Numbered from the stretch's first letter, positions 20,516 through 29,471 are shown. The stretch: 40,720 bases of DNA from an uncultured Nitrospiraceae bacterium (GCA_947085205.1 CAMTVO010000028.1:1-40720), one strand, 5' to 3'. Notes: a model not told the origin generated them from the letters alone. Made by a program: numbers and translations.

Positions 20516-21049
20516 TTATCCCTTCCACTCAAACTGCTTAAAGCGTTCCGCCTTATCGAGGACTTCGACAAATCCCCTCCATTTTTTCTCCGGCCCCTCT
20601 ACGGGGTAGTCTTTTCTGAGCGGGTAACCTTCCCAGTCCTCCGGCATAAGTATCCTTCTTAAATCAGGATGACCGTTGAAAACTATGCCGAACATATCAA
20701 GACATTCCCTTTCATGCCAGTTTGCGCCTTCCCATATGTCCACCACGCTGTCGACAGCGCAGTCCTCTTCAGGCACTTCCGCCTTTATCCTTATCCTATG
20801 TCTGTGATCCATCGAATAGAGGTGATAAACCACTTCGAATCTCGGCTCTTTCCTGCCGAGATAATCCATGCCGCAGAGATCTTCGAGATAGTCGAAGGAC
20901 AGTTCAGGCGTATCGTGGAGGAACTGCATAATCTCAACTATTTTGTCTTTCCTGACAGTTACCGAAACCTGCCCGCGGAATTCGGTTATCCCTTTTACTT
21001 CCAGTGAAAATCTCTCTTTAATAAACTCCGCTATTGCTGTCGGCACCAT
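20516..21049 (-). CDS. nuoC: Complex I subunit C
   Basis: RFEVVYHLYS, ANWHERECLDMFGI, GHPDLRRILMP, PLRKDYP. Confidence 0.95.
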   Translation of the reverse strand: MVPTAIAEFIKERFSLEVKGITEFRGQVSVTVRKDKIVEIMQFLHDTPELSFDYLEDLCGMDYLGRKEPRFEVVYHLYSMDHRHRIRIKAEVPEEDCAVDSVVDIWEGANWHERECLDMFGIVFNGHPDLRRILMPEDWEGYPLRKDYPVEGPEKKWRGFVEVLDKAERFKQFEWKG

Positions 21050-21439
21050 TTATTCCTTTCCTTTATCTTTCCAATCCAATGCGCCCATCTTCCAATCATA
21101 GGCATATCCGATGAAGATGATGAGTATAAATATCACCATTCCCCAAAATCCATAGAGTCCTATATTGCCAAATGCCACGGCCCACGGATACAAAAATGCA
21201 GCCTCGACATCGAAAACAACGAAAAGCATTGCAACGACATAAAACTTTATGGAAAACCTCTCCCGCGGCTCTCCCACAGGAGGATTGCCGGACTCATAGG
21301 ACAAGAGTTTCTCTGAATAAGGCCTTCTCAATTTGAAGATTGCGCCGAGAAGCAGACCTCCCGCTACAAAGGCGGTTGCAGCCATCAGCGTAATAAGAAT
21401 CGGCAGATATGCGGATGGGATATAAGCCCCGGGCATCAT
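21050..21439 (-). CDS. nuoA: Complex I subunit A
   Basis: YESG, KFYVVAMLFVVFDVE, LYPWA, GALDW. Confidence 0.95.
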   Translation of the reverse strand: MMPGAYIPSAYLPILITLMAATAFVAGGLLLGAIFKLRRPYSEKLLSYESGNPPVGEPRERFSIKFYVVAMLFVVFDVEAAFLYPWAVAFGNIGLYGFWGMVIFILIIFIGYAYDWKMGALDWKDKGKE

Positions 21440-22008
21440 AAGGTTACCTTCTCCTCGTGTTTGATAGGAATCGGCTCCTGAAGTCTCTTGCCGACCGGCA
21501 TTCTTTTTATGTCTATGCCTTCGAGTCTCCAGAATTTGTTGAAATATGTATCGGTCTTAAGTCCGGAGGAAAAATCATCCCAATTCTTCAATAACATCTC
21601 CCGGTCGAAAAGAAAGTGCTCGCGGGAGTAATCAGCGTATTCGTACACCTCTGTAAGCACGAGAGCGCACACAGGACACACCTCGGCGCAATACCCGCAG
21701 AAGACACATCTGAGCGCCTCGATCTCATATCTTTCGAGAATCCTTTCTCCCTCTGTTTCTTTATATTCGACCCGTATGCACCGGGATGGACATACTATGG
21801 AACATTTTAAACACGCAACACATTTCTCCCGTCCGGTTTCAGGATCTCTCACAAAGGCATGCCTTCCTCTGAAGCCGGGAAAGGGATCTCTCTTTACTTT
21901 CGGATATCTCCGCGTGACCGGATGGTTTATCATTGTCCTGAAGGTCAAAGCCAATCCCTTCAGGATTTCGAGGAAAAATATTTTCTTAGCAATATCCCTC
22001 AATGTCAT
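21436..22008 (-). CDS. nuoI: Complex I subunit I (2x[4Fe-4S]), C-terminally extended
   Basis: FRGRH, CVACLKCSIVCP and CVFCGYCAEVCP. Start moved to ATG 22008 (GAGGAG RBS, avoids overlap with nuoD). Confidence 0.93.
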   Translation of the reverse strand: MTLRDIAKKIFFLEILKGLALTFRTMINHPVTRRYPKVKRDPFPGFRGRHAFVRDPETGREKCVACLKCSIVCPSRCIRVEYKETEGERILERYEIEALRCVFCGYCAEVCPVCALVLTEVYEYADYSREHFLFDREMLLKNWDDFSSGLKTDTYFNKFWRLEGIDIKRMPVGKRLQEPIPIKHEEKVTL

Positions 22009-22018
22009 GCGGCTCTCC

Positions 22019-23227
22019 TCATCGGTCGCATTCTCCGAGAACAATATCTATGGTTCCTATAAGCGCTATTACATCAGCCACCATATGCCCCTTGCACAAC
22101 CTGGGCAAGGCAGCGGCATGCACAAAGGACGGCGACCTGAACCTCATGCGGTAGGGCATCCCGCTGCCGTCGCTGACTATGTAGAAGCCTAACTCGCCTT
22201 TTGGAACTTCTGTCGGCGAGTAAAATTCACCGGCCGGCGTTATATGTTCGCACTCATCGGATAAAGATATGCATGCGTGGCTGAGAGACATGTCGGGAAT
22301 TAATCTTTTGCGGCCCTCCGGCGGCATATCGAGGTCGGGCGCATCGTCGGCAAGAATAGGTCCATCAGGCATCTTCTCAATGCACTGCCTGATAATACGG
22401 TTTGACTGCCTCAATTCCTCCATCCTGCATCTATACCTGTCGTATACGTCCCCGTTTTCACCTACAGGAACTTCAAAGTCCACAAAAGGATACGCATCAT
22501 AAGGCTCATGCTTTCTGACATCATAAGAAACGCCCGACCCCCTAAGAGTCGGTCCGGTCAATCCGCAATGTACGGCGTCCCTTGCGCTTATCACCCCTAT
22601 CCCTTTTGTCCTCTGAAGCCATATCCTGTTCTGGTCTATAAGCGTTTCGTATTCTTCTATCCTCTTCGGAAATTCCTCTGTGAATTTATATAAACTGTCT
22701 AAAAATTCCCGACTCACATCGCATCTTACTCCGCCTATCCTCGGATAACTCACGGTGAGTCTTGCTCCACAGGTCATTTCGAATAAATCAATCAGCCATT
22801 CCCTTTCTCTGAACGAATAAAGAAATACCGTCATTGCTCCTATATCCAGCGCATGGGTAGCGAGCCATATGATGTGGCTGCTTATTCTCGTCATCTCGGA
22901 CATTATCGTTCTTATGTATTTCGCCCTCTCCGGAGCTTCTATGCCGAATAGCTTTTCCACCGCAACGCAATATCCTACATCGTTGGACATGCTGGATATG
23001 TAATCGAGCCTGTCCATCAAGGGCAGCGCGGAAATGTATGTCCTGTTCTCAGCAAGTTTCTCGGTTCCCCTGTGCAGATAGCCTACATAAGGCGTACACT
23101 TGACTACCGTCTCGCCGTCCAGTTGCAGCACAAGTCTCAACACCCCGTGCGTGGCCGGATGCTGAGGACCCATGTTCAGGGTCAACTCCCTTGTCTGTAG
23201 ATCCTTTTCTATCTCCATCTGCTCCAC
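22019..23227 (-). CDS. nuoD: Complex I subunit D (no NiFe-binding CxxC motifs)
   Basis: [49 protein letters not shown]. Start probably GTG 23227 (or ATG 23218). Confidence 0.94.
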   Translation of the reverse strand: MEQMEIEKDLQTRELTLNMGPQHPATHGVLRLVLQLDGETVVKCTPYVGYLHRGTEKLAENRTYISALPLMDRLDYISSMSNDVGYCVAVEKLFGIEAPERAKYIRTIMSEMTRISSHIIWLATHALDIGAMTVFLYSFREREWLIDLFEMTCGARLTVSYPRIGGVRCDVSREFLDSLYKFTEEFPKRIEEYETLIDQNRIWLQRTKGIGVISARDAVHCGLTGPTLRGSGVSYDVRKHEPYDAYPFVDFEVPVGENGDVYDRYRCRMEELRQSNRIIRQCIEKMPDGPILADDAPDLDMPPEGRKRLIPDMSLSHACISLSDECEHITPAGEFYSPTEVPKGELGFYIVSDGSGMPYRMRFRSPSFVHAAALPRLCKGHMVADVIALIGTIDIVLGECDR

Positions 23228-23730
23228 TTGAAATATTCTCCCTGTATCTTTTCCTGCAGCTTCATCATGCCGTACATCAATGCCTCCGGTCTCGGCGGGC
23301 AACCGGGGATATAAACATCCACAGGCAGGAAACTATCACACCCCTGTACAACACTGTAGGTGTTATAAATATTCCCGGAACATGCGCAGCTTCCCATAGA
23401 TATTACATACCTCGGTTCAGGCATCTGGTCATAGACTCTACGCACAATGGGCGCCATTTTCATGGTTACTGTCCCGGCAACTATCATAAAGTCTGCCTGC
23501 CTGGGCGAGCCTCTGAAGATTACCCCCAGCCTGTCCAAATCATAATGTGACGATCCCGTCGTCATCATCTCTATGGCGCATCAGGCCAATCCAAAGGTCA
23601 GGGGCCACATTGAAGACTTCCTTCCCCACTTCACTATCCTGTCAATGTTGGTTATGATGGTATTCGCGCCGGGAATTATCTTCAAACCTTCTTCGACTTC
23701 CACAACAGATGTGGTGCCGTCTATGATCAT
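23209..23730 (-). CDS. nuoB: Complex I subunit B, predicted selenoprotein (U50)
   Basis: ATG 23730 with AAGGAGG RBS reads ...[24 protein letters not shown], continuing in frame into the 119-aa ORF ([26 protein letters not shown]); 173 aa total. Confidence 0.92.
23542..23574 (-). promoter_or_regulatory. Putative bacterial SECIS hairpin in nuoB
   Basis: After the UGA: ...ATG-A-TGACGA-CGGGA-TCGTCA-CAT; 6-bp perfect upper stem starting 17 nt after the UGA, G-rich 5-nt loop. Confidence 0.7.
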
Positions 23731-23816
23731 CTGCCCTCACCTCCTTTTCGTTATAGCATCTATTGCGTTATTGGGTTTATAGCACTAAACGCTCAACGCC
23801 ATATCCTTATAACGCT

Positions 23817-24329
23817 TTAGTACAATGCCCCGAATTCAGCAATCTCTTTTGCGAATTTCTCACGCTTCAGCAGAGATGCCTCTGCTGCCGAAACCCATTT
23901 AAGGGAATGGGCTGTGCATTTAGTAACGCACGCAGGCTTCAGTCCCTTATCAACCCTGTCTTTACAGTAGTCGCATTTAATGACCTTTCCTGTCTCGGAA
24001 TTCCATTGCGGGACGCCCCACGGGCATGCTGTAATGCATGACTTGCAACCGACGCACAGAGATTGTTCGACAAAGACGATACCGTCCTTTGACCTTTTCT
24101 GCATTGCGCCTGTAGGACATGCCGATACGCACCACGGCTTTTCGCAGTGAAAGCAGGGCATGAAAATAAACTGCGCCCTCGGGACACCGCCTATCATCTT
24201 CGGTCCGACAGGCATAATCCTGCAAAACCTCGGCCCGACAGGCACATTGTTCTTCGTTTTACAGTGAACCTCGCACGCATAACAACCTATGCATCTTTTT
24301 TGATCCTGATAGATGTAATATATGCTCAT
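23817..24329 (-). CDS. 4x[4Fe-4S] electron-transfer subunit (PsrB/DmsB/NrfC family)
   Basis: CIGCYACEVHC, CFHCEKPWCVSACP, CVGCKSCITACP, KCDYC...PACVTKC. Confidence 0.93.
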   Translation of the reverse strand: MSIYYIYQDQKRCIGCYACEVHCKTKNNVPVGPRFCRIMPVGPKMIGGVPRAQFIFMPCFHCEKPWCVSACPTGAMQKRSKDGIVFVEQSLCVGCKSCITACPWGVPQWNSETGKVIKCDYCKDRVDKGLKPACVTKCTAHSLKWVSAAEASLLKREKFAKEIAEFGALY

Positions 24330-24360
24330 TTATCTCCTCCAAACTATTGATTTTTGTTTA

Positions 24361-26439
24361 TCAGGTCTTCTTAACGCCTACCATACATTCAAGATACGCA
24401 ACACCGCCGCCGACAGGGTCAACCGTTTCGAGCAATCCTATTTCAAGCTTCGTATCGCTTAGCCCCTTTTTATATGACCTTGTCTTAAGTGGTATTTCAC
24501 TGCCGAATCCATGCACCATAAAAATGGCCTCCGGATGTATAAAAGGCGTGACTTTAGCCTTGATCTTTCCGCTGTATCCATTGGAAGATACTTCTACGGT
24601 ATCACCATCCTTTATTCCCAATTCCTTAGCCTCATCCTCGTTTATCCACAGGACATTCTCAGGCATGAGTTCATTCAGATATATATTGTTCTGCGACTGC
24701 GCATGGGCATGGATGGCGCTCCTGCCGAAAGTGAGCCTAAAGGCGCCTTTTTCTGGTTTCTTAGGAGTTGCGTATGATTTAAAAGATTCAAATCCATCTT
24801 TTGCGAGCTCCTGGGAGATAAATTCGATCTTCCCTGAAGGGGTATTGAACTTCAAGTCATTCCTATCCTTAAATATCGGATCCTTTGCAAGGCCTACAGA
24901 ACCTTTGGCGCTGAAATCTTCAATCTTAACGCCTGTGCCTTCAAGCTGATAGTTCCAGATATCCTCAATGCTTTTATACGGGAAATATTCGCCTGCGCCC
25001 ATCTTCTGGGCGAAAAGAGTGAAAATCTCCCATGCAGGTTTGCTGTCATACCTCGGCGGAATGGCCTGCTTTCTCATGATGAAAGAGGGTTTCGGCCCTT
25101 TTGCCGTGCCTATGATATTTGACCTCTCAAGATAAGTGGATTCAGGAAGTATAACATCGGAATACCAGCCTGTCTGGCTGTAGTTCACATCTATGGAAAC
25201 CAACAGATCTAAATTGTCCAGAACCTTTTTCTGAGCTTCCGGGTCGGGGAGCGCGGCTATCGGATCAAAGCGATAGGCGAAGAATGCCTTTATGGGATAA
25301 GGCTCTCCTGTTTTTATCGCCTTATATAAATTTACGAGATGTCCTGTTCCGAATGATCTATCGGGCATGGCCGCATCCACTATCTTATCCTTGACGGCCG
25401 GCATATTTGCACCGAGGGATTTTAGCGGTTTCTTTCCCGCGTCACCCGGTCCTTTTGCGATGATCAAACCGCCCTTTGTTTCAATGTTTCCCATTAAGAC
25501 ATTAAGAATATAGAGGGTTCTGCTGTGATAAAAAGAATCGACGTATCGTGCGAGCATCCATCCGGGATGGAATATTACTTTGGGCTTATCATTGCTTACA
25601 TCACGGGCAAGATTGATAATTTCCTGCGCTGCAATGCCTGTCTCTTTCTCCGCCCACTCCGGTGTATAAGGAATGACAAAGCTCTCAAGCTCTGTCAGAC
25701 CTGTTACATATTTATTCACAAAGTCCACATCGTAGAGCCTTTCTTTCAATATTACATTAATAATGGCCAGGTTGAGCGCATAATCCGTTCCCGGTCTTAT
25801 CATAAGGAATCTGTCGGCCTTCGACGCAGTAACATTTGCCCTGATATCTATATACGTAAGCTTCGCTCCCTTATCCAGGGCATCCAGCATGTTATTCACT
25901 TCCTTAACCTGAAGCGACTCGAGAATATTCCGTCCATAGAGCACTATATGTCTTGCATTCGCAAGGTCATAAATAAACTCGCCACGACCGGCAAATCCAA
26001 AAAGGCTCTTGCATGCCATATCCACATTTTTGCCGCATGTATCGTCATGGCTGAAGTAATTGGGCGAACCCACTGCCTTCAAAAAACTCGTTGTCAGGTC
26101 GGTAAAAGGGCCGCTTCTATCGGAAAGGGCTATGGCCTTGCCGCCGTGTTTCTCGGTTATAGCCTTGAGCTTCCCTGTTATATAATCAAGAGCTTCGTCC
26201 CATGTCGTCTTCTTCCATTTCCCCGAGCCCCTTTCACCATCCCTTATCATCGGATATTGAGGACGCTCCGTGTCGTATTCAAAGGCAAGACCTGCAGACC
26301 CCTTTGCGCAGAGGCTTCCTTCCAGCCCTGGCTCGTGGGGATTGCCCTCAATCCACTTAACAACGCCGTCCTCTACCTCTACTTTTATAGAGCAGCGGAC
26401 AGCGCACATGCCGCACATGCTATATACAATTTCTCCCAT
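24361..26439 (-). CDS. Mo/W-bisPGD oxidoreductase catalytic subunit, PsrA/PhsA (polysulfide/thiosulfate reductase)-like, no Tat signal
   Basis: FS0 motif CGMCAVRC...LCAKG begins at residue 9 with no twin-Arg leader; HDDTC Cys ligand region; PGTDYA, DVILPESTYLER, TPSGKIE, C-terminal molydop-binding domain. Confidence 0.88.
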   Translation of the reverse strand: MGEIVYSMCGMCAVRCSIKVEVEDGVVKWIEGNPHEPGLEGSLCAKGSAGLAFEYDTERPQYPMIRDGERGSGKWKKTTWDEALDYITGKLKAITEKHGGKAIALSDRSGPFTDLTTSFLKAVGSPNYFSHDDTCGKNVDMACKSLFGFAGRGEFIYDLANARHIVLYGRNILESLQVKEVNNMLDALDKGAKLTYIDIRANVTASKADRFLMIRPGTDYALNLAIINVILKERLYDVDFVNKYVTGLTELESFVIPYTPEWAEKETGIAAQEIINLARDVSNDKPKVIFHPGWMLARYVDSFYHSRTLYILNVLMGNIETKGGLIIAKGPGDAGKKPLKSLGANMPAVKDKIVDAAMPDRSFGTGHLVNLYKAIKTGEPYPIKAFFAYRFDPIAALPDPEAQKKVLDNLDLLVSIDVNYSQTGWYSDVILPESTYLERSNIIGTAKGPKPSFIMRKQAIPPRYDSKPAWEIFTLFAQKMGAGEYFPYKSIEDIWNYQLEGTGVKIEDFSAKGSVGLAKDPIFKDRNDLKFNTPSGKIEFISQELAKDGFESFKSYATPKKPEKGAFRLTFGRSAIHAHAQSQNNIYLNELMPENVLWINEDEAKELGIKDGDTVEVSSNGYSGKIKAKVTPFIHPEAIFMVHGFGSEIPLKTRSYKKGLSDTKLEIGLLETVDPVGGGVAYLECMVGVKKT

Positions 26440-26494
26440 TTTATTTCCTCCCGAATTTAAGGTTTTTTATTCCGCATAGGACAAGATTAGATTT

Positions 26495-26525
26495 AATAAA
26501 AGGGTGAGGAGATTACTCCTCACCC
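26495..26525 (-). terminator. Intrinsic terminator-like hairpin between the PhnD-type gene and the molybdoenzyme gene
   Basis: GGGTGAGGAG-ATTA-CTCCTCACCC 10-bp perfect stem (26502-26525) followed on the minus strand by TTTTATT. Confidence 0.65.
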
Positions 26526-26555
26526 CATGGCTTTGGCTTGAAAATCAAGTGTGTA

Positions 26556-27395
26556 TTACCATGTCCCTATTGCCTTAGCTGCTTCTCTCATTATGTCATA
26601 TTCCTTATCCACGACCGGAACAAATCCCTCTATCCTTGCAGGTCCTAATATTGAGATGGCCTTAAGGTCGCCTTTTTTGAGTTTTAATAATGTGTCCTTT
26701 AGTTTTTTAGCGATTGCAGGGTCCATCTTCTTTGATATGGCTATTGGCCAGTTAGGTATCGGGTCGCTGACTGCTACCTTGCGAAACTTTTCGCCGCCTG
26801 CCTTTAATTTCTCTACATCGTCATCCCTTACAAACCCTGCCTCTGCCTTTCCAGCGAGCATAGCATCAGCAACAGGGTCGCGCTTTTTCTCAAAAATGAC
26901 CTTCACATCGCCTTTCTTCAACCCTGCCTTGCTTAGCATCTTCATCTGGACAAGGTAGGCGCCTGCAGAGCCGGGGTCGGTAGCAGCAATTGTCTTGCCT
27001 TTGAGTTCGGTTATGCTTTTGATAGGGCTGTCTTTTTTAACTATTATCGTTCCCTTTATATCATCGCCAATCTCAGGCTCTGAGGCTATGACGAGAGGCT
27101 CTGTTTCTGGAACAGCTTTCTTCAGTAAAACATAGAGGTAGGGATTTGTGTAGACAAAATCATAGGCCTTTGCCTCTGCCTCTTTCCTCCATGTGTCAAA
27201 GTCCTTTGGTATCACGAGAACAACCTTTACTCCCAGTTCTTTACTAAGGTGCTCAGCAAGTGGTGTAAAGCCATCCCTCATCTCCTTTTCTGAAAGCCTC
27301 GGGAGAACCCCGAACTTCAACTCCGCTGCAATAGCGCCAAAAGGCAGCGCCAATAATGCAATCAAAACAACCAACAACATCTTCTTCTTACCCAT
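26556..27395 (-). CDS. PhnD/phosphonate-binding-family periplasmic binding protein (no cognate ABC permease nearby)
   Basis: Signal peptide, LKFGVLP, DFVYTNPYLYV, SITELKGKTIAATDPGSAGAYL, PIPNWPI. Confidence 0.85.
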   Translation of the reverse strand: MGKKKMLLVVLIALLALPFGAIAAELKFGVLPRLSEKEMRDGFTPLAEHLSKELGVKVVLVIPKDFDTWRKEAEAKAYDFVYTNPYLYVLLKKAVPETEPLVIASEPEIGDDIKGTIIVKKDSPIKSITELKGKTIAATDPGSAGAYLVQMKMLSKAGLKKGDVKVIFEKKRDPVADAMLAGKAEAGFVRDDDVEKLKAGGEKFRKVAVSDPIPNWPIAISKKMDPAIAKKLKDTLLKLKKGDLKAISILGPARIEGFVPVVDKEYDIMREAAKAIGTW

Positions 27396-27423
27396 AGCTT
27401 CCCTCCTTTTTATTTTTATTTGT

Positions 27424-27825
27424 TTATTTTGGCGTGGGTATTACGCCGAGGAGCATCAGCCCCAATATTGCAAGCCCTGTTACAGCTACCCTTTTTACCC
27501 ATTGAGGGTTTAACCTCTTTGATATCTGTGGACCAAGATAACCTCCAATTATTGCTCCAACAGCCATAAATCCAAAGAGGAGAAAATCCACATTGCCAAA
27601 GCCAACCACTCTGGAGGTTGCCATCGCTGTATTAAAGAATATGGCCAAAAGGGAGCTTCCCACAACAACATACATTGGAAGACCCATTAAAACGGTCATT
27701 AAAGGCACCATAAAAGGGCCGCCTCCAAAACCGAACATACTGGACATTATGGCTATCAAAAAGCCGCCTGTGCAACCAACGATCATATTTGCCTTGAATT
27801 CTTGACCCCAAAATTCTATCTTCAT
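27424..27825 (-). CDS. TauE/SafE sulfite-exporter family, half-size (133 aa)
   Basis: SSMFGFGGGPFMVP, VVGSSL, GGYLGP motifs. Start at ATG 27825 (MKIEFWG) with GGAGG RBS. Confidence 0.85.
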   Translation of the reverse strand: MKIEFWGQEFKANMIVGCTGGFLIAIMSSMFGFGGGPFMVPLMTVLMGLPMYVVVGSSLLAIFFNTAMATSRVVGFGNVDFLLFGFMAVGAIIGGYLGPQISKRLNPQWVKRVAVTGLAILGLMLLGVIPTPK

Positions 27826-27847
27826 AATATTCCTCCTTCTTATTATT

Positions 27848-29038
27848 CTACTTTTCTGCCTTCTTTGCGGCTGCCTCTTCAGCCCTCTTCTTAAATTCCT
27901 TAAGAATGGCCTGTTCTTTCTTGTTTTTCGAAATATATCCAGGAGTCGTCTGCCACAGCATGATAGCAGCAAGGATTAACAGTACCCAGCCAAAAAGGAA
28001 TTTATACTGGTCAAGGGTTATCATTTCTGTTAGTTTAGGACCGATAAAGCCGCCAACTAACATTGCCAGGCCAACCCCCACACCCAATTTCCAGTTAATG
28101 AACTTTATCTTGCTGTAATTATATATCCCAGAGCCCTGGCTGAAAAGCACGCTCGGAAGGACAGAGCCTGCGACAACAGCATGGGGTATTCCATAGATAA
28201 ATATCAGAAGCGGGTTAAGAATAAAGCCCCCGCCTGCACCCATAGTAACGCCAAATGTGCATACGGCTACAGCGAGGAAAAAAGGCCCTAGTATATTCAG
28301 GCTCTGGCCTGCCCTATCAAAATACAGTTTCCCAAAAGACAGGTCGTGCTTAAATGTTGTAGGCGCACTTTTTAGATCCTTATCTACAACAGCAGTAATC
28401 ATATAAGATCCGCTCGGGGCGTTATCAGGCAACTTGTATTCGGCTTCGAATCTTCCATCCTCATTTATTTTTATTGTTGGGCTGAACATCCTTTCGGGCC
28501 ACCTGTACCTCGCCTTCATAAGAGGCATTGACTGCCTCCTGTTGCCTTTTTCATCCATTGCCTCGAGTTGATCACCCCTCGAACCCAATATAGTGGCTAA
28601 AATGGATGCCTGCCACCTGTCCACCATGGCTTTTGCAGGAGTTAGGTAAGCAGCATCCGCGCCGGTTGTTGTGAGCATTCTGCTTACGCTCCAGTCTTTG
28701 CCTTTTGCCTTTTCTATCTTGTATGCCTCCTCAACCTCTTTCGGCATAAGCATCATATAGAGTGCAGGAATATTTTTGCTTAAATAGAATATATACGGTA
28801 TCTTCCCTGTATCAGGGTCCCGCTTGCTATCGAGTCTCGCAACCTGCACTGTTTTCTCAGAGACTATTTCAATATAAACAGGCCTTCCGGCAGGGGCTGT
28901 TCCATTTATCTTAATGATCTCTCCTCCTTTGTATTCAGGCTTATCCAGCGACAACATTACCTGTTCAGCAGGCTGTGCCGCAAAGGCCATCCCTGAGGCA
29001 ATGATGATAAAAGCAAATACTAAAATATAGTTTTTCAT
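27848..29038 (-). CDS. Secreted N-terminal domain fused to a half TauE/SafE domain
   Basis: Signal peptide, ~225-aa soluble region, then MGAGGGFILNP...GSVL...GGFIGP TauE half. Confidence 0.82.
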   Translation of the reverse strand: MKNYILVFAFIIIASGMAFAAQPAEQVMLSLDKPEYKGGEIIKINGTAPAGRPVYIEIVSEKTVQVARLDSKRDPDTGKIPYIFYLSKNIPALYMMLMPKEVEEAYKIEKAKGKDWSVSRMLTTTGADAAYLTPAKAMVDRWQASILATILGSRGDQLEAMDEKGNRRQSMPLMKARYRWPERMFSPTIKINEDGRFEAEYKLPDNAPSGSYMITAVVDKDLKSAPTTFKHDLSFGKLYFDRAGQSLNILGPFFLAVAVCTFGVTMGAGGGFILNPLLIFIYGIPHAVVAGSVLPSVLFSQGSGIYNYSKIKFINWKLGVGVGLAMLVGGFIGPKLTEMITLDQYKFLFGWVLLILAAIMLWQTTPGYISKNKKEQAILKEFKKRAEEAAAKKAEK

Positions 29039-29054
29039 ATCCTCTCCTCCCTCC

Positions 29055-29471
29055 TTATCTTACGACCAGCACCGAGCATGGTGCATTGGCAGCAACCCTT
29101 GAGGACACGCTTCCAAGCACTGTCCTTTCTGTTGCGTGTTTTCCTGTTGAACCGACCACTACTAAATCCATACCCATACCCTTTGCATGGTCAACGATAA
29201 CATCCACAGGATTTCCTTCAAGGATAATTGTTTCCGCCTCTATCCCCTTTTCCCCAAGCATCTCTTTGACGCCCTCCATTGCGCCCTCGATTTCGGCCCT
29301 ATAAAGTTTTGTTATCGTATCGCAGTCAGCGCCTATCTCTGAAAAACAGAGGTTGGGAACCACGGATACAACGGTCAGCTTCGACCCGAACTTCTGGGCT
29401 ATGGATGCTGCCTCCAATATGGCCTTGTCGGCAGCGTCAGACCCGTCGTGTGCCACTAAAATCTTCTTCAT
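29055..29471 (-). CDS. Universal stress protein (UspA family)
   Basis: KKILVAHDGS, DLVVVGSTG, LGSVSSRVAANAPCSVLVVR. Confidence 0.95.
   Translation of the reverse strand: MKKILVAHDGSDAADKAILEAASIAQKFGSKLTVVSVVPNLCFSEIGADCDTITKLYRAEIEGAMEGVKEMLGEKGIEAETIILEGNPVDVIVDHAKGMGMDLVVVGSTGKHATERTVLGSVSSRVAANAPCSVLVVR

Noticed and set aside
22019..23227. Group 4 NiFe-hydrogenase large subunit
   Set aside because: No N- or C-terminal CxxC NiFe motifs; quinone-site His (HPATHG) and Tyr (RLDY) of NuoD are present.
23209..23730. nuoB as a nonsense pseudogene or as a 119-aa protein
   Set aside because: The stop is TGA precisely at a conserved Cys, both halves are intact, a SECIS-like hairpin follows and selB is present.
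24361..26439. Formate dehydrogenase, NuoG or periplasmic Psr/Arr
   Set aside because: No Tat leader, no Sec/Cys-His FDH motif, no N-terminal 2Fe-2S/4Fe-4S NuoG domains; HDDTC resembles the Psr/Phs ligand region. The substrate remains unproven.
27826..27972. N-terminal extension of the 182-aa TauE ORF
   Set aside because: Overlaps the upstream gene in another frame; a strong RBS precedes ATG 27825.
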